DNA of 63,681 nt, filler included, from Cercozoa sp. M6MM (Eukaryota; Protista; Endomyxa: Ascetosporea), in the NCBI GenBank assembly GCA_040357565.1. It is 7 parts of 7 records of this genome, joined end to end, with 100 filler letters (N's around TTAATTAATTAA, not from the genome) between each part and the next. Parts side by side here need not be neighbours in the genome. Positions count along the whole stretch, not along the records: positions 20,536 to 38,150 come from JBDODJ010000261.1; positions 38,251 to 55,141 come from JBDODJ010000276.1; 5 more parts are not named here. One strand, given 5' to 3'. Made by a program: the position numbers and the translations under genes. Of this stretch, positions 26,887 through 38,700 are shown one piece after another. Each line of letters begins with the position of its first letter. Within the stretch, counting starts at the first letter, position 1. The notes under the pieces were generated by a model. It ran no database searches, had not been told where the DNA came from, and saw only the letters and a program-made list of their open reading frames with translations.

Positions 26887-29318
26887 ATGACTTCCGAGCA
26901 GCAGTCGGAGCACCTCCGCCGGGTGGTGGAGGTTCTTCGAGGTCCTCGCTTCCGACGCTCATTTTCGATGCTCGAGCTGACTAAAATAAGTGCGGATGAG
27001 TTGCTTAAACTACTAGATGGTACTCCAGTGTTTGTGGCGTGCAATATCACGATTTCACGGTTTTGTAGATGTCCTGGGCGAATTGCGCGGACGGCCGGTG
27101 GAGTGGCGCGACCTGCCAGAGGCAGAGCGGTGGCTTTTGATTTATAATCTCGGCTACAGACCACCAAAACGCGAGGAAGTCGCTGAGAACGAAGACGACA
27201 TGCAGAGCCGACTGGCACGAGGAGATTTCAATGCCGTGCTGTCAGTGCTCGCTTGGCTTCTCCTCAGGGACCAGCAAGGCACGGAGGAGTTGCGCATGCG
27301 AGCGTATCTCGGAGAGTTCTTGAGTGCACCTCCAATTCCGCGCGAGTTTGCAATGCAAGACAGCGTTCAAAAAGAGTTACGAAAGCTGCGAGATCTGCAG
27401 AAACAATTCCGCGAAGTACACCAAGCCGTCGAAGAGTTGCGACAGACGAGCATTGATCTGCACGATGACAGTTTGAAAGGCGACGCTTCTTCCCGCGATG
27501 AGAACGTGACTCCCGGTGAACTCACTGTCGAAGTTCACCAGCTGCAGCATGAGTTCGCGCAGTTGCAGCAACGGCTGACTCAAATGCGAGAGGAGGCCGA
27601 AAGCGGCGACGTTGTCGACGGAACCGCGTTTTCACGCGTTCTAGAACTGACGCGTTCGTTGCGGCAGCAGCAAGAACGACAGCAGGTATACGGGCACAAA
27701 CTAATTAACGATAAATGCTTCGAATACCGTAATGTCTCGCATTAGGACCTCATCTCTTCACTGCAAGAGCTACAAGAACAACTGTCCAAAGCGCAACGTC
27801 ATGCCGCCGAGCAGCACGCATTTTCCGATGCAACTGCAGAGGCACTGCACAGCCTCTTGTCCGATTCGCAGGACATGCCTGGACACGATTTCGTTTCACT
27901 TGTTGAAAATTGTACTCAAATGATGAAGTCTCGTCTTCAACAGGTAGCTTTGCTTTAGAGACCTTATCTCTCCAAATCAATTTGAGAATGACCTTGTAAT
28001 TTAGAACTCGGAGGAAACGCAAAGGTTGCAGCAACGAGAGCATGATATCGCGCAAGTGTTGCAGCAGTACACCGACGGCGGCAGAAGGGCACTCAGTGTC
28101 GACGACATCGTACATGCGGAACAACAAGTCGCAGCTTTAACCGCGCAGGTGCACGAGCAGCAACGAAGACGCGACAGTCGAGACGCGCAGGACGACGAAG
28201 AGCTCGGCTTTTACTTTCAGCGAGCTCGCGATGTGCAGAAACGGCGCGACGAAGCACGTGCACAGTTGGAGAAAACTTTAGCTGAGAGCGACTCACTTCG
28301 TGTATCCGTTGAGACTCGACGTCAGCGGTGCGACACGTTTCGCGTTGAGGTTCGCGGAGAAAGTGTCAGTCCAATGACCAGAGAGGAAGCTCAGTCGTAC
28401 ATACAAGAGCTCTCAAAGAAAACAGCCGGATACAAAGAAAAAAAGACGCAACTCAATCAACTTCGCCAAGCGTTACTCAATCAATCCGAGGAGAAAGAGC
28501 AACTCGCAACGCGACTCAAGAACGCAACAGTGGCACTTGACGAAATCGAAAAACGTTGCGGCGTTGCTGGACTACACTCGATTCAAATGCAACTTACCGA
28601 AGCGGCAGAGGAAAAACAATGTCTGAACGCTGACAAACAAGAGCATCTCGAGCAGCTGAGTCAGCTGGCCGAACAAATCGACAGCGAACTGCGCACTCAA
28701 AAGAGCAAGCTTGCACCTCTGATCGCCTCGCTGAAAAAGAAGCGCGGTGAATTCGCTGCTGAGTACCGCGCTTTCACACAGGAGCGCGACGAGCACGCCG
28801 ATTTGGCCGATCGCATCGCACGCGAGCGAGCGCAACTGAACAAACAGCAAGACAACCTGAACGAAGAACTATCGCAGTTACAGAGCGAAACCGAGCAGCT
28901 CCGAAAGGAGATTGTCGAGATGACCACAAGGCAGCAGCAGGTGGCTCATGACGTAGCCGTGAAGAACGAGTCCGACTCAGCTCTGATCGACGGAAAGTGG
29001 CGTACATACGCCGAGCGATACGAGGCTTTAAGCAAGCAGACTGAACTCGAGGTGAGCGACATGCGAGCTGAGCGCGATGTTCTCATGCGCTCCTTGAAGC
29101 GCAACGAGCAGAAGAAGCGTGGTCTCGAGCACTGGGCTTCCGTGTTGAGTGTTAAATTGACACTCGCGCATCGTAGGCTACAGGCAGCGCGAGAGGACCG
29201 AACCGGAGAGAGCGGGCAGATTGATATCGGTAACTTTACGGCTTTCACACCTTTTGATTGTCTGCAAGGTGTTGCTGTGCACAGCCAACTGCGCGTACTG
29301 ATGACGACACTGTGCTGA
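26887..29318 (+). CDS. IFT81: Intraflagellar transport protein 81; 3' end approximate
   Basis: CH-like N-terminus (VLRGPRFRRSFSMLEL..LLKLLDDVLGEL..LGYRPP..VLAWLL..LRMRAYLGEFL..IPREF..QFREVH) followed by long coiled coils, colinear with IFT81. Confidence 0.85.
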
Positions 29319-29668
29319 CTAGTTCATCTGCTGTTTATCGAGCTCTGGTATCGCTGTCACGAACACTGCAGCCGCGAAACAATACAGCACTACTAAATTC
29401 GATTGACTTCAGTAGTCAGTTTGGATAGGATATTGTACTCTGTAAATTTAACTGAAGTCAACTGACGTGAAGTGGAAGTGAAGTGGTACCTACTGTAACT
29501 GAACTGAAGGAAGTACTGTGTTCGACTCGACAGCAACGTAAACCGATTCGGAACGACTTTCAAAATCATGCCATGCCAGTGCTTTCTCTCGAGAACCTTC
29601 GATGCGGGTTTGTCGTACAGTGTGAGTCCAGAACTAATAACTACTGCGGGCATGCACACGGACGTTCT

Positions 29669-30414
29669 CTAGTTGCGCAAGCGAGCGGAACGTCTACGCA
29701 GCGCATGTCCAATAACAACTGATACAGGACAGCAGGTTGGATTGAGTTCAGTCATACCGGGTGCCGGGGGGACGAGCAGGTGCCTTCTTCTTGGCGCTAA
29801 CAGTCGCCGTCTTGCGCTTCTTGGTGCCAGTTGTGGTCTCCGCCGACGCTGGCGTCTTTCGAGGACGACCACGGCCACGTTTGGGCTTGGCGGGCGTACT
29901 GGTCTCCTCGACCACCGGCGTTTTGCGAGGACGGCCTCGGCCACGCTTGACTGGTGTGACAGCAGTCTTGGTCTCCTCGGCTGCGGCTGTAGTCTTGCGA
30001 GGACGACCTCTGCCTCGCTTCGGCTTGTCAGTCGTCTCTTCGACTGGCGTTTTTCTGGGACGACCACGGCCACGCTTCGGCTTGTCAGGAGCTTCCACTG
30101 GAGTCTTCCGGGGACGTCCGCGGCCTCGCTTTGGCTTGTCAGCGCTCTCCTCAACGGGAGTCTTGCGAGGACGTCCACCGCCACGCTTTGGCTTGTCAAC
30201 AGTCTCACCCGGCGTTTTTCTAGGACGACCAGGACCGCGTTTCTTGACAGCAACCTTTTTTGGCGCCGCTCCGGCTCGAGTTGTCACCTGCTTCAGGAAC
30301 TGTTGCGTTTCCTGGGGAAACAAATAAATTACAAAAAAGCAGCAAAAGAGCAGGGAGGGGGGGGGGTGAGTCTGTTACCAGAGCTGCCTTGCGTGTGGAA
30401 CGACGAGGCGGCAT
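29669..30414 (-). CDS. HMGA-like protein with 7 AT-hooks; exons 30414-30379, 30311-29758, 29693-29669
   Basis: Seven KRG[RPG]GRPRK motifs. Splicing gives N-terminal MPPRRSTRKA and C-terminal TRRSARLRN*. Confidence 0.85.
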
Positions 30415-31332
30415 CTTTGATCACTCGTCCGTGGCCGGAAAACGACAAAGTAAGTTTAGATGGGAAAAACGCAATCCCTTGCAACAATCTTGTGTGCTCA
30501 GTTGAAAATCACACAGAGCTAACACTCGACTCAGTCGGGCTCTCGCAGACACTTTTTGAGGCGCAAAAAGAACCCAACGATGCCATACTGTGAAGTCAGG
30601 GACTACTCCAGGCACGGCCAAAATACCAAACTGAAAATACGAAAAAGTTGCAATATGATGCAGCTCGGAATACGAAAAATCGAGATAGTTTGGATGTAGG
30701 TTCGTTAGACCCGTAGAGCCGCCTCATATACGTCTAGTCGGCGGTGGTCGATTACGCTTTTAACATATACGTCTAGTTGGCGCTAGTCTGACTATCGCTC
30801 GCGAGGAAGAGTTTGTGGAAGACTGCGACCGGATAAATTGAAATTTACAGACTGACTGCAGCACAACTGATTCTTCTTGCACACTGCCGGCAACGACCCG
30901 CGATTCCACTACATGCTCAGACAGTACCAGCGACTACCGCATGTGCGGAGCACTCGACGTTGTCGCCCGTCTCGTTCAACTGGACTTATCTTAAGTTAAC
31001 CGAGCCTGAGAATGAAAGTGACGTGAAAGAGAACCGAGGATGAAAAAGTTTGGTTTCAATTAGGTTTTAAATTACGGGTAGAACGAATCCAAGTTAATTT
31101 TAGTTGGGTGCGGTGATCAGTTCACGAAACACGAAAATACAGATTCAAGAAACGCGCCGAAAATACCAACAAAAGACGTCCAAACTCTCGTGCCACCAAG
31201 TGCTCTGAGTGCTTCTGTATGAAAGCAGAGTTGTTCCTGGTCAGCGAACACGAGTTGGTTCGAAAGCTAAATACTTGAAAGTTAACCTTGTGCCCTCAAC
31301 AATTTATACCTACGGTTGTCGTTAAGCGTAGG

Positions 31333-34300
31333 ATGAGCGAAAATAGCGGCGGGCGCAACTACAAGTCTCTTCGACGCGAGCAAAATCGCAGAGGTAGCGC
31401 TGCGCTTCGTGAATTCTAATGTAGAGCATTTAACTTTTAAATCACGTGCAAAGGCGCACTGTTGCGAGCTCGAAGGGCAAGAGACTCAGCTGCGAGGGTG
31501 CGAGCGACTGCAGCGAAGCAAGTCAAAAAGAATCAAGTGCTGGCATACTTGCTCCCGGGGAACTCGAAAGCACACGTAGCAAGGCTAAACTTGGCAGGCC
31601 GCGGGATCCTGCACATCCTGCCGCCAGAGCAGCGAAAGCAGACAGCGACGCGGCAATTGATTCCGCGTGCCTTTCAGACAACGCAGTCGCTGTGCTTGGG
31701 AAATAACGAACTGTCCTCGCTCGCAGGAATCGAAGTGTTTCCCGAACTCGTTTCGCTGTCGCTGGCGAATAATAACCTTTGCGATGCTGATGAGTTCAAA
31801 AAGCTCAAGCGACTGTCTCGATTGCGATCGCTTTACGTCTGTACGTCTTACACTGAGGAATCTTTGTTGATACTCTGCATCTTATGCTTGTGTAGCTGGC
31901 AACCCAGTGTGCCACGCGTATCCAAACCTCCGTGCCTTCTTGCTGACCACGATACCTTCCTTGCAGAGCATTGACGGTATCGCAGTCTCTGCAAGTGAGC
32001 GCAAGTTGTCGCAGCAGCTGCTCGAAACCGAGAAATCGCTCCTTCATATCATTCTGCACAACAGTCGGCGAGAACTCTTCCTACAGGATGCAATCAAACG
32101 AACAGCCTTGCATGGAGCACTCATTGCGCACGTTTTTGATCGCATCTCCTGGTTGAACGCTGGGCATCTGCGATTGTGCCGGGCCGCGTTTGACGCCTTT
32201 GATATTGAGCGAGCATTCCGACGACTTGAACCTGTCATCGAACACGCCGTGCTAGGTCGCAACTCATTGTCAGCAAAGGAAATTTGTTGCAGCACCAGAA
32301 GACAAATCGCACGATCCATGATGAAAGCCAAACTGTCGCACCGTGGGAAACAAGGCGAAAACGGGCAACTCACAGAGAGCTTGATACAACTGACAAGCAG
32401 CACGCTCGCAAGCATCATTGCTGAGCAACAGCAGACACTCGCGCAACTGCAGCAACACCTCTTGCAAGTGAGACGAGCAGTGCAGCAGTGCTTTGATCGT
32501 GTCTCACTCCGCGCTTCGTCCGCTGTCGTTGCCAACGCGAGACGAGAAAACCTCCAAAAAGCCATGAATGTGCGAGCTCGCGTCGAATTGACTGCGCACT
32601 TACGATCACCGGCACGAGCACGCAGTTCGAACGGCGAGGATAAGCGCGCCAGTCCTCGAAAGCAAAGCTCGGACACACAAAGCACCACCGCAAGCGAAAG
32701 GAGGGGGGAAAGCGCTGCTTCAACACACATGCGAGCGAGGCAAAGCAGCAAGACTGAGCCTCGATCTCGCAGTTCTTGTTCGAGTTGTACGCAAGTGTCC
32801 GAAATAAACAAACGGCTTCACGAAAGACTGATCGAGTTTCAAGAAGTCAATCAATCGAACGTGAACAGTGCGAAAACTATGATTGACGAACTGCGCTCCC
32901 AAAATGAAAACCTGCAGGCAGAATTGTCCATGGCTCGGAAGACAGTAAGTTCGCTTGAACGCCAGCTCTGCCAAATCAGCGCTCTGGTACTTTTGGTTTC
33001 TGTCAGTGGTTGATGAGGCCGTACTGTTCGTGCGTGACAGAGAGATACGGAGCGAAAAGGTGTTGCTGCAGCGGAAGCGGCTGAGTTTCGTATGCAGCAG
33101 TTGAGGGACGAAAACGACCAACTGCGGGCATGGTTGCATGCGAAAACGCAGGATTTGAATGCTGCGGCGCAAACCATTTCACGCGTCACACAGAGGCAAG
33201 GCGAAAGCGAAAGCACTGCTCTGCAAGCGAAGGAAACACCTCCAACCGACGAGAACTTGCAGACTTCGGCGGTGGAACTGCAGCAAGAAGTGCGCCTGCT
33301 GCGTCGACTGAATGAATCGTTCAAAATGCAGCTCGGTCTCGCAAGAAAGCGACTCGAGGAACGAAACGAAATCGACTGGCTCGACACAAGTCTGCTCAGC
33401 GAGTCGTATGCACGCTTTCAGTTGCGCCGAGACTCTCTCACTCTTTTGCACTTCTTCAAGCGTTGGCGCCGCGCCCGACTGTTACATTTGAGAGGACTGT
33501 CAATGTACGATGCTTTCAGTCTCCTACGATACATAAGCTAACTTTGTATGTATGTGTGTTCGTGAAAGCAGAGCAGAGACACATCGCCGAAGGACGCTAC
33601 ATAACACCTGGGTCTCCATTCGGTCTCTGCGCAGAGAACTCCGACTTGTGGCTGCAGTCAGTTTTTCTTGATCCTTGCACGTTCAGTTGTGTGTTTTGAT
33701 GATCGAGCGTGCGTTAACTGCACAGTACAAGTTTCGTCACGAGATGCTGGTGGCTCGTAACGCAGTTGTCACGTGGAGTCATGTCGCTGCTTCCTCCTTA
33801 CGCTTCGAAAAAGTGACCAATGTAATCTCAAGCAAGCGTGTCTCCAGTGTGCTGCGATTCGTCTTTTCTGCTTGGTCGCAAAGATACCGAAAGCGCGAGT
33901 CTTATCGACAGGAGCTCTTAAACAAAGCAGTCAAGTTCTTCAGTCGTCGCCGATTCACAGAAATGGTTGGACAGGTAAATCACTGAGTCTGCACTCTGCA
34001 GGCACACCATTAGAATGCTGGTTTGTCCCTCCTGCTTAGTGGAAGTTGTGGAGACGTTCAGCGTGTGGACTGACCGAGGAAAGAACACAGCAACTGAGTC
34101 GCCTGAAACAAGGACAAACAGTGCGACTGTGGCAGCAAATGTGCGCAAAGAGTCAGCGAAAAAGAAAGTTCCGTGATACTATGCATCACCTCCACTCACT
34201 TGTCAAGCAACAGAGTCTCAATTGGTGGCGAAATTTGACGCGGATCCTTGCTGCAGAGAATGTTCTCGCTGCACACTCAGAGCAGACCACTGTATCTTCT

Positions 34301-35602
34301 TTGTTTCGTCTGTGGAGAGACCTATTCACCAGTCGTCGTGTCGCGCGAGAGCAACTGACACTGAAGCGTCTGCAGTCAACTTTTTCACTGCAGCAAACGA
34401 TGTTCCACCGATGGCGACGAGCTCTGCAAGAACGACTCGAACACCGAAGCAAAGTGACCAAGGCACTCGAGCACTACTTTCTGCAGTTACAGCGACGTGT
34501 CTTTTGCACATACCGCAACTGGACGCATCTTCAACGACAGCGACGTCAGACTACCGCTAAAGAGATTGTCCGCGTCTGGCACAAGTGTAAGAGTTCTTTC
34601 AGTCTCCTACTTTTGCTGTACTAATACTGGTGTGTTCTGCAGTGATCAAATCTGCGCGAAGGCGAGAGGCAGGCGAAGCTTGTGTACGCCAGATCGCAGC
34701 GAATTCCAGGCGACATATTATACGAGCAGCGTGGATCAACTGGCGCAAAGAACAGCAGCGACGGGGACTACTGTCAGCAGTTGAGAAGCGACTTGAAGAC
34801 TCACGAAACTGTGAGCTCTTGTGTATGCACTTTCTGCGCTGGTACGGCAAGACGGCGGACAAGCGCGCGACGCGACTGAGCGTGATGCTTGAGAAAAGTG
34901 ACAACAGGTACGAGCAAAAGTCACTACTGTCGAAACAACTCGTGCATCAAGTCAAGCGACTGGAAGCACTCGTGACGCACAAATCTCAGTCAGCGCAAAG
35001 GACGAAAGCAGCGTGTCAGCAACTCAAGGCAGAACTGTGCTCAGCACGCATTGATACCAACTCGCACAAGAAGGCACTCGAACGCTTCCGTGAAATGGCG
35101 GACGAGCAGCGTCGAACCAGCGGAGACCAGATACATGAGTTGCGCATGCGAATGGCCGAGTTACTGCAGCAAAGTGCATCGCAAAAGCAGCGACTCTGCT
35201 GCAACCGAGAGTTTGTGGACGCAGTGCATACGGCAGTCGAGCGGCAGCTCACTCCGTGCAACTGTCCGGCTGCCAGTGTTGTTGAGGACGTGTCGAGTGC
35301 TCTCGGTGACCTGCAGCGCAATCTCCAAAAGCAAGCAGATCGAAACAGACTCTGCTGAGCTGGAGGACGACACACTCAAGGTCCTCACAGGCAGCGACAT
35401 TGGGGAGACTCACAGCGACGGCGAACACACCGCCACTGCTAACTTCGACGCTCAGGTAAACGATGACTACGCCTACGACACGAGCGACACTTCCGTGCCC
35501 GGTGTGTACGACGACACCTCTGACATTGCGTGCGACGAGAGTGTCGAAAGGATGCAGTTCGACGTGTGCGTTGACCTGGACCAAAGTATCGCGACTGTTT
35601 GA
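31333..35602 (+). CDS. Large LRR + coiled-coil + Sfi1-like (Trp-repeat) protein, probably basal-body/centrosomal; apparent frameshift near 35330
   Basis: LRRs (LCLGNNELSSLAGIEVFPELVSLSLANNNL) and LRRcap (GNPVC..LQSIDG), then coiled coils and periodic FFKRWRR/VFSAW/FRLWRD/FHRWRR motifs. Confidence 0.65.
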
Positions 35603-35667
35603 TTTGGCGCTCATGGTTTTAATCGTTTAGCTTCAGTTTAATCAGTATCTGAAGTAAGTTGACACAG

Positions 35668-36852
35668 TCAGTCCCTTCTCTCCTTGTATATTGTGACGTG
35701 CATGTGAAGTAATGGCAGCAAGCCGAGCAACTTGCGCTCTATCACTTGTCGTCTCCTACAGTAACCTTGAGTTATAGTCAAAGGTAGATATGAAAAGCGT
35801 GTTACGTCAAGTGTGCACGCAGTGCGACGGCGAAGTTGATCCACAGGAAGGTTCCCACGCCGGCAGCGATATGCCACCAGGCGTGCAACTGAAGTGGCTG
35901 CACCACCTGTTTCCTTGTACCAACAGTCAAAGAAACGAATGCAAAGCACACACATATAAGCACACACAATAGATAGGAAACGCAGCTACCTCGCAAAAGT
36001 GACGATCGGTGATCCAAAGTGCAGCGCCCGAAAAGTACGCAATCATCGACGTGACGAAGAGTTTGCGGACACGCGTGTGCTCCAGTTCCTTCCATCTGCA
36101 CTTCGCCCAACTAAAACACCGAGTTGAGAATACCCAGCAATGCAGGTACCGAAAGTAGAGGTTGGCAGCCGACAGAAACGTCACGGAGTTCAGCAGCAGC
36201 GAGTAGCCAATGAGGAAGACCGAGTAGTTCTCGGGAAACCAGGCGTACAACTGTCCATATGCGAGAGTCACTGCAGGTACAGTAGACGTGTTATTTTGTC
36301 AAATTGGGAGTGGTACGGCAGTCATGCCGACAGCGTAGACGCTAGAGAAGACAGCGAGACTGGTGCGGCTGAAGCGCAGCAGTCGCGGCTGCGTCTCGTG
36401 CGGCATGTCCATCAGCAGGTAGAACAGAATCGCGCACGCGTACAACATCGGTAGTTCGTCGGCTGCTTGTGCCCAGCGACGTAGTGTCGCGTGAAACAAC
36501 GTAGAGCCTGCGCCAACGACGGCCAGTGAAGCTCCCTTTTCAAGCACACAGCTTCACTTCAGTTGAGCTTTGTGTATCCTTTTTCAACTTACTGCAAACA
36601 AAAAGCGTCGTTCGTTCGGCTTACTCCGTGCGGCAGCCGTGCACAGACTAATGCCCATGAGTACCATGGGCAAGCTGCTCAGTGTGTTCCAGAACTCTGC
36701 CAGTAGCGCCGTTACCGCGTAGTCCTAGAGACAAACACAACCTCTGTTCAACTGAATTAAATTCAACCTACAGTAAATTTATCGATAAGCTGACTCACCT
36801 CTTCGCACCAGTTTACATTGCTGTCCGACACACCAAACAGCGGCTCGCTCAT
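35668..36852 (-). CDS. ACER3: Alkaline ceramidase (ACER3/CREST family)
   Basis: Motifs VNWCEENY, AEFWNTLSS, VGAGSTLFHATL, DELPM, LWITDRHFC and LHAWWH. Confidence 0.9.
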
Positions 36853-38319
36853 TGCGCCTCTTGTAAGAATTGAACCCTGCGGTGCCCCACACTGCCAGCT
36901 GAATATCACAATTCAAGGAACGAGAAACGCCGAGGAATAAGTCCGCACGCTTCGCAAGAAACGCCTCAACTGCCGCTCTGCTCGCAAAGCGTCCCAGTCT
37001 CCAAGGATTGTAGCCCTGCGATCGAGATATACTGAAAGTCAATAAGCAATAGGTGCTAGGTAGTTTCACGCGCTCTGCCTGTAAGTTTAATGGCTCAAAG
37101 ATATTGCTTTGCAGACAAACCAGGCAGAGCAGAGGTGGCTTCGGTTCTTTTTGCGAAACAAAACCTCGCTGTTTATCGAAACTGAACTCGAGCAAAATCC
37201 GGTACAGCAGATGTCTACAGGAATTCATATTGAACACGGACATCCTGAAATCGGTTCATTTGGTTGTGATCAAGAATATACCTCGCTGCTTGCCAACTTC
37301 GCTGGATTGCGGCAGTTGGTGTCGTGTCAATGTAAACGTCGTAGCTTGTACAGACAATCATTACAGGTGGCAAGCGAGTCGTGCGAGTAACTGATGGCTT
37401 ATCCTGATAAACAGTTTCGGGTTCGGGGTGACGCTTTGCACCTGTCAATCTGTGATAGATAGTTGAGTCTTTTCTAAAACCGACTTGGTGGTTCACCTAA
37501 TCATTCTGTGGCACCTATTAATGGGAACTGTCGCGCGGGTCGAGCGTTTGAATATTACAACTAAGGACTACTAATCCAACGCAACGACGCTGCTCGGCGC
37601 CAAGCGAAATGTAGAATCCACGTGGCCAATTTTCCGTCAATTCGTTCAGTTTTTGTAAGCCTCAATTCAGTTGGAATCACACCTCAGTGGCAGTTTTCGA
37701 TTTCTTGTCGTCACAGTTCAATTCATACTTGCGGGATTTCGCTAAAGTCCCACTCTACAGGGCCAATTCGTAAACCGGCGTGCAGCATTGTGAGCCCCCC
37801 TCGGGGCGCTACACAAGAAAGGCTATAGTGTGACCAACCTCGCACAAGCTGGCGAATGAACCCCGCCAGTCGGGTTGCATACGGGATCGGAGCCACCGGA
37901 TCTCTTCCTGCTGCGTGAACGAAGGGCGAAGCAGTGTGTTCAGTCTGTGTGCGAACAAACGATCTCAGTTACGTTCCCAGTCCAATGGCATAAGCTCAGT
38001 TTTACCACGCCAGCAACCCACAGATAATCGATGATAGCAACACGACAAACGTCAGCCGTGAGCATGCTCCAAGGATCCCAGTGTGCCGCCGTCGTTGCTT
38101 GCGGGTATCGCAACGTATTCAAGCGGAGCACAAGTATCATCGAGTAGTCCNNNNNNNNNNNNNNNNNNNNNNNNNNNNNNNNNNNNNNNNNNNNTTAATT
38201 AATTAANNNNNNNNNNNNNNNNNNNNNNNNNNNNNNNNNNNNNNNNNNNNCACCACCTGCGCCTGTAATCTTCGTTCCTGTATGTTTTGTGTGCTAATTG
38301 TACTGTGTGCTTGAGAGTA

Positions 38320-38590
38320 ACCTGTTGCTTCCACTGGCCGGAGAATTCAACGGTTTGTCGCTGCGGTTTCGGCAGTGTCTGCATGGAACCGGTACACACA
38401 CGCACACACACGCACACCCATACACACACATGAACGAAGATTACAGGCGCAGGTGGTGGTCTCTGTGGACGCGACAGTGTCTGCACAAGCATACAGTACA
38501 ATTAGAACACACGGAGGGAGTGAGGGAGGGTACCGCAGCAGCTGGAGCAGGCGGCGGCGGTGGCAGCACGGAACGCACAGGTGGAGGCTG

Positions 38591-38640
<50 letters not shown>

Positions 38641-38650
38641 NNNNNNNNNN

Positions 38651-38700
<50 letters not shown>

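Noticed and set aside
29673-30593. Long plus-strand ORFs opposite the AT-hook gene, and similar antisense ORFs over actin, ABCF and the zinc-finger gene
   Set aside because: Shadow ORFs caused by GC-rich biased codons and repeats.
30725-30782. CRISPR-like array
   Set aside because: Only two 19-bp copies in a eukaryotic promoter, with no cas genes.
36880-38150. Possible additional minus-strand gene upstream of the ceramidase
   Set aside because: Some splice-like signals, but no consistent model or recognisable motif.
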